From assembly GCA_947624495.1 (NCBI GenBank), contig CANQKP010000001.1, positions 1 through 47,254 of the forward strand: 47,254 bases of DNA, given 5' to 3'. The stretch's first letter is position 1. Each line of letters opens with the position of its first letter. Positions 1-7,984 of this stretch are shown piece by piece. The notes below the pieces were generated by a model. The model saw only the letters and a program-made list of their open reading frames with translations. It had not been told where the DNA came from and made no database searches. The translations under genes and the position numbers were made by a program. Origin of the DNA: an uncultured Monoglobus sp. Lineage in GTDB: Bacteria; Bacillota; Clostridia; Monoglobales; Monoglobaceae.

Positions 1-6
1 TTTCAT
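1..6 (-). CDS. 5' end of a gene running off the left edge (ATG at 6, GGAGGA RBS)
   Basis: Minus strand reads ttaggaggataattaaATGAAA at the window edge; product unknown. Confidence 0.55.
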
Positions 7-191
7 TTAATTATCCTCCTAATTTTGCCGTTTTATAAAATCGTCGATTTCTTCCCAATTAAATCCGCAATTTTACTCACCATTTCAAAATTCGAGGTTA
101 TCCTCCTTTCCCCAAAAGTTTTATGCGCAGCCGCACATGGTTTGAATACGGCACACACATTTTATAGATTTCTCTATTATGACACGGTACT

Positions 192-220
192 ATTATACAC
201 CCAACAGTTTGAAATTTCAA
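192..220 (-). promoter_or_regulatory. SigA-type promoter for the left-edge gene
   Basis: TTGAAA-17bp-TATAAT on the minus strand. Confidence 0.65.
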
Positions 221-278
221 GACTTTTTTTAAAATTTTTTGAAATTTTTCTATATTATTAAAAAATCACGACTTTTTG

Positions 279-306
279 TTGACTTTTTGTCACATTCATA
301 TATAAT
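279..306 (+). promoter_or_regulatory. SigA-type promoter for apbE, overlapped by a direct repeat
   Basis: TTGACT-16bp-TATAAT; GACTTTTTGT at 270-279 and 281-290. Confidence 0.6.
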
Positions 307-312
307 ACTTAT

Positions 313-1272
313 ATGGAAAAAATACTTAAATCTATAAATATCACAATAATAATCATGCTCATATTATCGGTTTCGGGCTGCGGGCGCGCGGACAGATCCG
401 CCTCCGAGACCGAGTTTATGCTTGACACGGCGTGTACTATAACCGTCAGCGGCAGCAGCAGCGCAGCCGAGATCGCCGCCGGAGCGCTCGGGACCGCAAA
501 ATCCATTGCCGACACTATCGATTATTTTAACCCGGACTCGTACACAGCTCAGTTCAACGCGCTGCCGGCACATCAGCCGCTCGAACTGAGCGAGGACGCG
601 TTCAATGTGATCAGCCGCGCTCTGGAGATCGCCGACGCCTCCGGCGGGGCCTTTGACATCACTATCGCGCCGGTCAAAAACCTTTGGGACTTCAAGTCGG
701 ACGATCCGCGTATCCCGGACCCTGACGAGCTTAACGACGCCCTGCGCAGCGTGGGATACGAAAAACTTATCCTGAACAGGGACGGACGGACGCTTGAAAA
801 AACCGAGGACGGGGTCGAGATAGACCTCGGTGGCTGCGGCAAGGGGTACTGCTGTCAGGCGGCTCTTGACTACATAGCCGAAAACGATCCGGACTGCAGC
901 GCGATTTTAGACTTTGGCGGCAATGTGGCGGTTTACGGCAAAAATCCGAGAACCGGAGGCGAATTCACGGTCGGAATACAAGATCCCAAATCCGAGACCG
1001 GCGTGTATTCCAAGACCGTTTCGGCGCGGTCGGGGCAGAGCGTTGTCACCAGCGGTACGTATCAGCGCCGTTTTATTAAAGACGGGGTCAACTACCACCA
1101 CATTCTTGACCCAAAGACCGGAATGCCGGCTTCAAACGGAAATGACAGCGCGACGATAATCTGCGATGACGGCTTGCTTGCCGACTGCCTCAGCACCGCC
1201 TGTATGGTGCTTCCGGCGGACGATGCGCAGGCGCTTGCGCAAAGCTACGGCGCTGAACTTATATTTGAATAG
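313..1272 (+). CDS. apbE: FAD:protein FMN transferase (ApbE family lipoprotein)
   Basis: Lipobox VSGC; motifs GAFDITI, IDLGGxGKGY, DFGGN, VVTSGTYQR, YHHILDPKTG, ADCLSTA. Confidence 0.93.
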   Translation: MEKILKSINITIIIMLILSVSGCGRADRSASETEFMLDTACTITVSGSSSAAEIAAGALGTAKSIADTIDYFNPDSYTAQFNALPAHQPLELSEDAFNVISRALEIADASGGAFDITIAPVKNLWDFKSDDPRIPDPDELNDALRSVGYEKLILNRDGRTLEKTEDGVEIDLGGCGKGYCCQAALDYIAENDPDCSAILDFGGNVAVYGKNPRTGGEFTVGIQDPKSETGVYSKTVSARSGQSVVTSGTYQRRFIKDGVNYHHILDPKTGMPASNGNDSATIICDDGLLADCLSTACMVLPADDAQALAQSYGAELIFE

Positions 1273-1282
1273 GAGACAGACT

Positions 1283-2452
1283 ATGATTATAACAAACGCT
1301 GAGATAATGACAATGAGCGACAAGCTCGGCAACATCAAAAACGGATACATCGTGATCGACGGCGGCGTTATAACCGACGTAGGCGGCATGAAATCAGCCC
1401 CGACCGGCGGCGGAAACGTGATCGACGCCGGCGGCAGACTTGTGACGCCCGGTTTGATCGACGCCCATTCGCACATCGGTATGTGGGAGGACGGACTAAG
1501 CTTTGAGGGCGACGACGGGAACGAGGACACAGACCCGATCACTCCGCATCTCCGCGCTATCGACGCGGTGAACCCTATGGACAGAGCGTTCAAAGAGGCA
1601 TTTGACGCAGGAATAACCACAGTGGTGACCGGTCCCGGAAGCGCTAATCCCATAGGCGGGCAGGCGGCGGCAATCAAGACCCGCGGACGGCGGATCGACG
1701 ACATGATAATAAAATCGCCGGCGGGGGTCAAAATTGCTTTGGGAGAAAACCCAAAATCCACATATAACGACAAAAGCCGCACCCCTGTCACAAGAATGGC
1801 GACCGCGTTTTTGATACGCGAAGCGCTGCGCGACGCGGCGGAGTACAAGGCGCGGCTTGAAAAATACAACGCCGATCCGCAGAACGAGGACAAACCGGAA
1901 TTTGACCTTAAATCGGAGGCGCTGCTGCCGGTATTACGGAGAGAGATACCTCTCTTCGCGCACGCGCACAGGGCGGACGATATTTTTACCGCGATACGGA
2001 TCGCAAAGGAATTCGGCGCAAGAGCTGTTCTGGTACACTGCACGGAGGGACACATGATCGCGGAAGACCTTAAACGCGAGGGCTGTCCGGCGCTCTGCGG
2101 TCCGATAATGACAGACAGGAGCAAGCCGGAGCTTGCCAATCAGACCGAGGCGGCGCCTGGAATACTGGAGCGCGCCGAAATCCCCACCGCGATCATCACG
2201 GACCACCCTGAGACTCCGGAAAAATTTCTGCCGCTCTGCGCGGGTATCGCAGTCAAGTACGGCATGAGCCGCGAGGGGGCGCTCAGAGCGATAACCATAG
2301 GTCCCGCAAAAATATGCGGAATTGACGACAGGGTCGGCTCAATCGAGCCGGGCAAGGACGGGGATATCGTGATTTGGGACGGTGACCCGCTTGCTGTCGA
2401 GGGCGCGCCGTATATGGTCATAGCGCGTTCGGACTCAGAAAAAAATGAATAA
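1283..2452 (+). CDS. Amidohydrolase superfamily metal-dependent hydrolase
   Basis: PGLIDAHSH, HAH, TDHP, GSIEPGKDGDIVIW motifs; AGGAG RBS before ATG at 1283. Confidence 0.9.
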   Translation: MIITNAEIMTMSDKLGNIKNGYIVIDGGVITDVGGMKSAPTGGGNVIDAGGRLVTPGLIDAHSHIGMWEDGLSFEGDDGNEDTDPITPHLRAIDAVNPMDRAFKEAFDAGITTVVTGPGSANPIGGQAAAIKTRGRRIDDMIIKSPAGVKIALGENPKSTYNDKSRTPVTRMATAFLIREALRDAAEYKARLEKYNADPQNEDKPEFDLKSEALLPVLRREIPLFAHAHRADDIFTAIRIAKEFGARAVLVHCTEGHMIAEDLKREGCPALCGPIMTDRSKPELANQTEAAPGILERAEIPTAIITDHPETPEKFLPLCAGIAVKYGMSREGALRAITIGPAKICGIDDRVGSIEPGKDGDIVIWDGDPLAVEGAPYMVIARSDSEKNE

Positions 2453-2457
2453 ATAGC

Positions 2458-2487
2458 GAAGAAGGAACCGCAAAGGGTTCCTTCTTC
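2458..2487. terminator. Probably bidirectional intrinsic terminator
   Basis: Perfect 12 bp stem GAAGAAGGAACC/GGTTCCTTCTTC just after the amidohydrolase stop. Confidence 0.8.
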
Positions 2488-2552
2488 AATTATGTTTTCA
2501 GTGGATGAGACTGAAACTGGCTAAAAACTGTGGGTTTAAAACCTTAACCGAG
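2458..2552 (-). ncRNA. Candidate ~95 nt small RNA
   Basis: Consensus promoter at 2558-2586 points into the 2458-2487 hairpin; no ATG-started ORF in between; internal hairpin TTTCAG-TCTCATCCA-CTGAAA. Confidence 0.55.
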
Positions 2553-2557
2553 GCTAA

Positions 2558-2586
2558 ATTATATCACAAATTTTTATATTTGTCAA
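2558..2586 (-). promoter_or_regulatory. Consensus SigA promoter with extended -10
   Basis: TTGACA-17bp-TATAAT, with TGaTATAAT. Confidence 0.8.
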
Positions 2587-2716
2587 TACAAAATTGAGAA
2601 AATTTTTGACGTTTTTATTTTTGTAAATACCGCTTATTTCCGTACGAGAAAAATGCCGCCCTATACGAGAATTGAAAATATGTGCTTCGGGCATATATTT
2701 CGCTTTATTTCAAGGT

Positions 2717-4168
2717 TCACCGCTTGCCCGCCGCGGCGACGTTTATATAGTTTAGCTCCACATCCTCGGTCCCGGTCATAAAGCATCCCTTTTCCTTGGC
2801 GTAGGCAATATACTCCAGTATCTCGCCGGTTATCCTCTCTCCGGGTGCGAGAATGGGTATTCCCGGCGGATAGCACATGACAAACTCACTGCAAACCATG
2901 CCGCTGCTCTTTTCGACGGGCACCGCCCGCTTCGGAGAATAAAACGCCTGCTTGGGCGTGGTGACAACTTCGGGGGTTATATACTCGTGATCAAGCATAC
3001 CCGCGCTGGGACGCTTATGGATATGCTCGATCTGGCTCAGCGACGAGATAAGCCGCTCGATCATCAGACGAGTGTCACCGACCGAAATTATCGCCAGAAT
3101 GTTGCCTATATCCCCGAACTCGATCTGGATATCATAATCATCACGCAGGATATCATAAACCTCGATCCCGGCGAGACCTATGTCTCTCGTGTGGATTGAA
3201 AGCTTTGCCAAATCGAAGTCATACACCGCTTTTCCGTCGATCAACTCCCTGCCGAAAGCGTAGTACCCGCCGATTTTGTTTACTTCGCTCCGTGCATATT
3301 CCGCCATATCCAGCACCCGTTTATATATCCCTCTGCCGTTTAACGCCAAATTCTTTCTGGATAGGTCAAGAGACGACATCAGCAAGTACGAGCCGCTGGT
3401 GGTCTGGGTAAGGTTTATTATCTGTCTGGTGTACCCCTCGCTTATGTAATTGTTTATCAGCAAAAAAGAACTCTGGGTCAGAGAACCTCCGTTTTTGTGC
3501 ATACTAACAGCAGCCATGTCGGCGCCCGCCGCCATGGCGCTTACGGGGAACCCGTCACCAAAGTAGAAGTGAGTGCCGTGGGCTTCATCGACAAGCACAG
3601 GCATTCCGGCGCGGTGCGCGATCTCCACTATCCTCTTAAGGTCGCTGCACACGCCGTAATACGTCGGATTGTTGACAAACACCGCCTTGGCGTCAGGATT
3701 TTTGTCGATTGCGTTCTGCACGTCCTCAACGCTCATACCGAGCGGAATTCCCAATCTTTTGTTGACGCCCGGATTGACATACACAGGCACTGCGCCGTTT
3801 AATACCAAGGCGTTTATGGCGCTGCGGTGGACGTTTCGGGGCAGAATGATCTTTTCGCCCTCGCGGACGGCGGAGAACACCATTGCCTGAACCGCGCTTG
3901 TGGTCCCGTTCACCATAAAGAAAGCGTGCCGCGCGCCGAAAGCGTCTGCGGCAAGCTCCTCCGCCTCGCGGATGACCGAAACCGGATGGCACAGGTTATC
4001 CAAAGGCTTCATTGAATTAACGTCAACGCTCATGCACTGCTGACCAAGAAACGCGGTCAGCTCCGGACTGCCCTTGCCGCGCTTGTGACCCGGCACGTCA
4101 AACGGCACGATGCGCATTGACTTGAACTTTTGTAATGCCTCATAGATCGGGGCTTTGTTTTGTTCCAA
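2717..4168 (-). CDS. PLP-dependent Arg/Lys/Orn decarboxylase (fold type I, SpeA-like)
   Basis: FDVPGHK, NGTT, VDEAHG, SMHK (PLP lysine), YPPGIP; adjacent to speD. Confidence 0.92.
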   Translation of the reverse strand: MEQNKAPIYEALQKFKSMRIVPFDVPGHKRGKGSPELTAFLGQQCMSVDVNSMKPLDNLCHPVSVIREAEELAADAFGARHAFFMVNGTTSAVQAMVFSAVREGEKIILPRNVHRSAINALVLNGAVPVYVNPGVNKRLGIPLGMSVEDVQNAIDKNPDAKAVFVNNPTYYGVCSDLKRIVEIAHRAGMPVLVDEAHGTHFYFGDGFPVSAMAAGADMAAVSMHKNGGSLTQSSFLLINNYISEGYTRQIINLTQTTSGSYLLMSSLDLSRKNLALNGRGIYKRVLDMAEYARSEVNKIGGYYAFGRELIDGKAVYDFDLAKLSIHTRDIGLAGIEVYDILRDDYDIQIEFGDIGNILAIISVGDTRLMIERLISSLSQIEHIHKRPSAGMLDHEYITPEVVTTPKQAFYSPKRAVPVEKSSGMVCSEFVMCYPPGIPILAPGERITGEILEYIAYAKEKGCFMTGTEDVELNYINVAAAGKR

Positions 4169-4182
4169 TACCGCGCCCTCCG

Positions 4183-4974
4183 TTAATATATATTCTGCCC
4201 GCTGAATATCTCGATCATCTCCCGCCGCAGGCTGTTGCTTATATTGAGGCGGGTTTTGGGGTCCAGCTCGTAAACATCGGTCTTAAACAAATAATTCTGA
4301 AGATCCAGCTCCTTTATCAGAAGCTTGGTGTGGAATATGTTTGACTGATACACATTGACGTCGATCGCGTCATAACGCTCCAGAGTCTTTTTGTCTATAT
4401 AATCCTGAATTGATGTTATATCATGGTCAATAAACAGCTTTTTGCCGTCCAGGTCACGGGTAAATCCGCGGACGCGGTAGTCGGCGGTGATTATATCCGA
4501 ATCGAAGCTGCCTATAAGAAAGTCAAGCGCGTTTAGCGGCGAGATCTTGCCGCAGGTGGAGACGCATATATCCACGCGGAACGTGGATATCGCCTTGTCG
4601 GGGTGATATTCCGGATATGTATGGACAGTGACGTGGCTTTTGTCAAGATGAGCCATTATCTCATCTCCCGCCACAGTGCTGAAGGTGGGCTGTGCGGGCT
4701 TCATTGAGTCATCGCTTATCATCAGGTTGACGCTGGCGCCCTGCGGCTCGTAGTCCTGCTTTGAAATACTGAGTACGTTTGCCCCGATCATTTCGGTAAC
4801 AGTAAGCAAAATTTTTGTAAGACGCTCCGAGTTATATTGCTCATCGATATATGCGATGTAGTCCTTCTGCTCTCTTGCGCTTTTGGCATAGCAAACATCG
4901 TAGATATTAAAGCTGAGCGTTTTTGTCAGGTTGTTAAAAGCAAAGAGCTTGATTTTGTTCTGCATATCCTTCAT
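4183..4974 (-). CDS. speD: S-adenosylmethionine decarboxylase proenzyme
   Basis: [37 protein letters not shown] cleavage motif, VSTCG. Confidence 0.95.
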   Translation of the reverse strand: MKDMQNKIKLFAFNNLTKTLSFNIYDVCYAKSAREQKDYIAYIDEQYNSERLTKILLTVTEMIGANVLSISKQDYEPQGASVNLMISDDSMKPAQPTFSTVAGDEIMAHLDKSHVTVHTYPEYHPDKAISTFRVDICVSTCGKISPLNALDFLIGSFDSDIITADYRVRGFTRDLDGKKLFIDHDITSIQDYIDKKTLERYDAIDVNVYQSNIFHTKLLIKELDLQNYLFKTDVYELDPKTRLNISNSLRREMIEIFSGQNIY

Positions 4975-5009
4975 CTCCCCGCTGTCGGTTTTATTTTATC
5001 GGTTATGAT

Positions 5010-5038
5010 ATTATACTACATATGCCCGCTTATTTCAA
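5010..5038 (-). promoter_or_regulatory. SigA promoter for speD-decarboxylase
   Basis: TTGAAA-17bp-TATAAT. Confidence 0.65.
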
Positions 5039-5050
5039 TAGAAAATTTGA

Positions 5051-6067
5051 TCATCCGTAGTATTTTTTAAACGCCGCATACACGACAGGATACAGCGCGG
5101 GATACGCGCGGGCTTTCATAAGCCGGTACATCACCGAGCCGGTCTTATAGTTCCTGTCAGGGAAGCTTGCCATACAGCGCTCGGAAATATCCTTAAGCGC
5201 CTCGTAGCGCTGCTTTGGACTGTAGTCAAACCGCTTGTTAAACGTCATCATCAGCGCCACGGTAACTCTGTCTAAATACTCTCCGCAGATAATATCGAGC
5301 ATTTCGCGGTTGCCTGGGTTAAAGGCGTAAATATACTCCATCCAGTATCCCCTGAGCCGGTCCACTATATCAAAGTAATCCTTCGGGAACTTGCTCAAAG
5401 CCCGCTCCCTGCTGTCGGTGCGGTACTCGTACAGCGCGTTCGGGATAAACACAGCCTTTTCGGCGCAGCGCATATACCGCATAATGAACACCTCGTCCTG
5501 ATGCCGCCTGAGGTCCGGATATCTTACGGCATTGGCTTTGATAACATCAAGACTGAACATCTTGTTCCAAGGCGCGCCCTGAATTCCGGAAGGCGAGGCG
5601 AAACGATAAAACTTGTGGTACTCTCTGCGTATGCTGTCCGCGTCAAAAACACCGTCTATCTTTTCGACGATCCTGTCGGGATTACCCGGATATGTTATCT
5701 TGTAACCGAACACCGCTATGTCGCTGCCGGTCTCCTCCATCCTCGCCGAAACCGTCTTGATGAGAGACGGGTCAATTACGTCGTCGGCGTCCGGAAAATA
5801 TGCATACTTTCCGGAACACAGATCGATGCCGGTGTTCCGCGCCGGTCCCGAACCCATGTTCTTTTGACGGCAGCATTTTACGCGGCTGTCGGATTTCGCA
5901 AGCTCGGTGCATATCCTGTAGGTGTCATCCTCCGAACCGTCGTCGACCAGTATTATTTCGAGATTTCCATAGGTCTGGTTCAATATATGCTTTATGGCTG
6001 TGCGGAGCTGCTTGCCCATATTGTAGATCGGCACAACCACACTTACTTTCGGCTCTGATGCGTTCAT
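5051..6067 (-). CDS. Glycosyltransferase family 2
   Basis: VSVVVPIYN, ILVDDGSED, ARNTG, FPDADD. Confidence 0.93.
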   Translation of the reverse strand: MNASEPKVSVVVPIYNMGKQLRTAIKHILNQTYGNLEIILVDDGSEDDTYRICTELAKSDSRVKCCRQKNMGSGPARNTGIDLCSGKYAYFPDADDVIDPSLIKTVSARMEETGSDIAVFGYKITYPGNPDRIVEKIDGVFDADSIRREYHKFYRFASPSGIQGAPWNKMFSLDVIKANAVRYPDLRRHQDEVFIMRYMRCAEKAVFIPNALYEYRTDSRERALSKFPKDYFDIVDRLRGYWMEYIYAFNPGNREMLDIICGEYLDRVTVALMMTFNKRFDYSPKQRYEALKDISERCMASFPDRNYKTGSVMYRLMKARAYPALYPVVYAAFKKYYG

Positions 6068-6095
6068 AACTCTCCCTCGCTTTCAATCCGCGGTC

Positions 6096-7100
6096 TCAGC
6101 CGCGTCTGAGCTTAAGCTCTTTTACAATATGCACAAAGTACAGGCTCCATGCCCTGCCGCCCAGCAGCAGCTTGTACTTCAGAAAATCCGGTCTGAACTT
6201 CCGCTCCGGCAGCTCGCGGTTAAAGATCCGCGCCGCTTCCTTGATACGGCGGTGTTTTTCAAACGGTCCGCCGCTGCCGCAGACTATCATTCGTATATAA
6301 AAATCAATTCGTACGGCAAACTGGCTGCATATCCGCTCCAGCGCCTTTTCGTTATCGCCGCCCCACTTTTTGATAATATCAAGCTGGCAGTTTTTGAAGC
6401 GTATCGCCGTGTCCAAATAGTCGGTCATGTACTTGCGGCTGTTTCCGCCTATATCGCTTATGTAATACTTATACAGCACGTCGCCGATAAACCGCACGGA
6501 CCGCACATGGGTCAGGTATTCCATATTGAATATCTCGTCCTCGCTGCGTCTGAGATTTGGGACGGTTACGGAGTTTTTTCTTATTATATCCGCACGGTAA
6601 AGCTTGTTCCACATAGCTCCGTAAATGCCGTACGGCAATTCACGCTCCGAGAACTCGTCGTAGTGTGTGCGGATGTATTCGCCCGCAAATTCCGCCGCCT
6701 CGTAGGTCTTTTCCGAAACCACTCCGCCTTTGCTGTCTATCCAGTCGTATCCGCAGATCACCAGGTCGGTCTCAACGTTCATTGCGCCGACCAGCTTTTC
6801 AACAGCGTCCCTGCGAAGCTCGTCATCGGCGTCGGGAAAATAGAAATACTCGCCCGCCGCCAATCCTATACCGGTGTTTCGCGCCTCGGCAGCGCCTCGG
6901 TTCTCCTGTGAAAAAACGCGGACGCGGCTGTCTTTTTTAGCGTAGCCGCGTCCTATCTCGGCGCTGCCGTCGACGGAACCGTCGTCTATCAGCAGCACCT
7001 CTATATTCTTATACGTCTGAGCAAGAAAGCATTCAACCGCCCTTTTGAGCAGCTTTTCCGCATTATATACGGGTACGATTATGCTTACCAAAGCGCTCAT
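6096..7100 (-). CDS. Glycosyltransferase family 2
   Basis: VSIIVPVYN, LIDDGSVD, ARNTG, FPDADD; GGAGG RBS before ATG at 7100. Confidence 0.93.
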   Translation of the reverse strand: MSALVSIIVPVYNAEKLLKRAVECFLAQTYKNIEVLLIDDGSVDGSAEIGRGYAKKDSRVRVFSQENRGAAEARNTGIGLAAGEYFYFPDADDELRRDAVEKLVGAMNVETDLVICGYDWIDSKGGVVSEKTYEAAEFAGEYIRTHYDEFSERELPYGIYGAMWNKLYRADIIRKNSVTVPNLRRSEDEIFNMEYLTHVRSVRFIGDVLYKYYISDIGGNSRKYMTDYLDTAIRFKNCQLDIIKKWGGDNEKALERICSQFAVRIDFYIRMIVCGSGGPFEKHRRIKEAARIFNRELPERKFRPDFLKYKLLLGGRAWSLYFVHIVKELKLRRG

Positions 7101-7123
7101 AGCTTCCTCCAAAATTCAGATTT

Positions 7124-7984
7124 TTAGTACCAACATAAATCAACAACCACAAGCTCCGGCGGATTGTTAACTCTCGGCATGAAGCTGGACTTGCCCAGAC
7201 CTCTGCTGATTATGATATTGCTGTTGCTTATTGTGTGGTAGCCCTCGGTCAGTTCAGGGAAAAATCCCTCGCCCGTTGAGTATAGACCGCCGATAAACGG
7301 AAGTCTTACCTGTCCGCCGTGGGCGTGACCGCACAGCGCCAGATCGATCGGGTAGTCCTCAAGCTCGCCTTGGAACTCTTCCGGATAGTGTACTAAAAGC
7401 AGCTTAAAGAAATCTTCTTCTATGTACTTATCAAAGAAGTCATGACCGTATCTTTCAAACTGGTCCTTACCCTGAGAGAGTCCGCCGATATTTAAACGCG
7501 TGTCTTTTATCGAAACGATCTCGGACTCATCGTCAAGCACATGAACACCGAGGTCCTTAAGGTCGGACACTATATTGGAATTGTTGAACAGCATGGCGAC
7601 GTACTCATTGTTGCCGAGGCTGTAGTACACCGGCGCAATATCAACGAGCTGCTCGCACAGCGTTGTCACAACGCTGTAATCTTCCTTGTCCTCGATATTC
7701 ATATCCCCGACGCAGGCGATTATGTCCGGCTTCAGGTTCGATATCTTGTTGACAAGCCTTGAGTTGTTTTCGCCGAACTCTTTAAGATGAAGGTCGGCAA
7801 GAACCACTATTCTCACATTGTCGGACACCTTATCGGACGTTACCTGATAGAACGTCACGTCGATATCGGACTGGTCCAAAAGATTGTATATGCACACAGC
7901 GAGCACAATAATGACAAGCACCGCTATTACCCGCTTTTTGTGTTTCTTTATAAGACTTAAATATTTTTTTATAGCTTTACTCAT
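7124..7984 (-). CDS. Membrane-anchored calcineurin-like metallophosphoesterase (YkuE-like)
   Basis: N-terminal TM; DLH, GD, GNNE (canonical GNHE), GHAHGGQ, SRGLG motifs. Confidence 0.88.
   Translation of the reverse strand: MSKAIKKYLSLIKKHKKRVIAVLVIIVLAVCIYNLLDQSDIDVTFYQVTSDKVSDNVRIVVLADLHLKEFGENNSRLVNKISNLKPDIIACVGDMNIEDKEDYSVVTTLCEQLVDIAPVYYSLGNNEYVAMLFNNSNIVSDLKDLGVHVLDDESEIVSIKDTRLNIGGLSQGKDQFERYGHDFFDKYIEEDFFKLLLVHYPEEFQGELEDYPIDLALCGHAHGGQVRLPFIGGLYSTGEGFFPELTEGYHTISNSNIIISRGLGKSSFMPRVNNPPELVVVDLCWY

Noticed and set aside
25-261. 78 aa ORF
   Set aside because: It spans an AT-rich divergent promoter region, with a TTG start and no SD.
1132-2139. Long antisense ORFs (also 6129-6911, 13763-14554, 27063-27746, 37421-38110 and others)
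   Set aside because: They are shadows of well-supported genes on the opposite strand in GC3-rich sequence, with no recognisable motifs.
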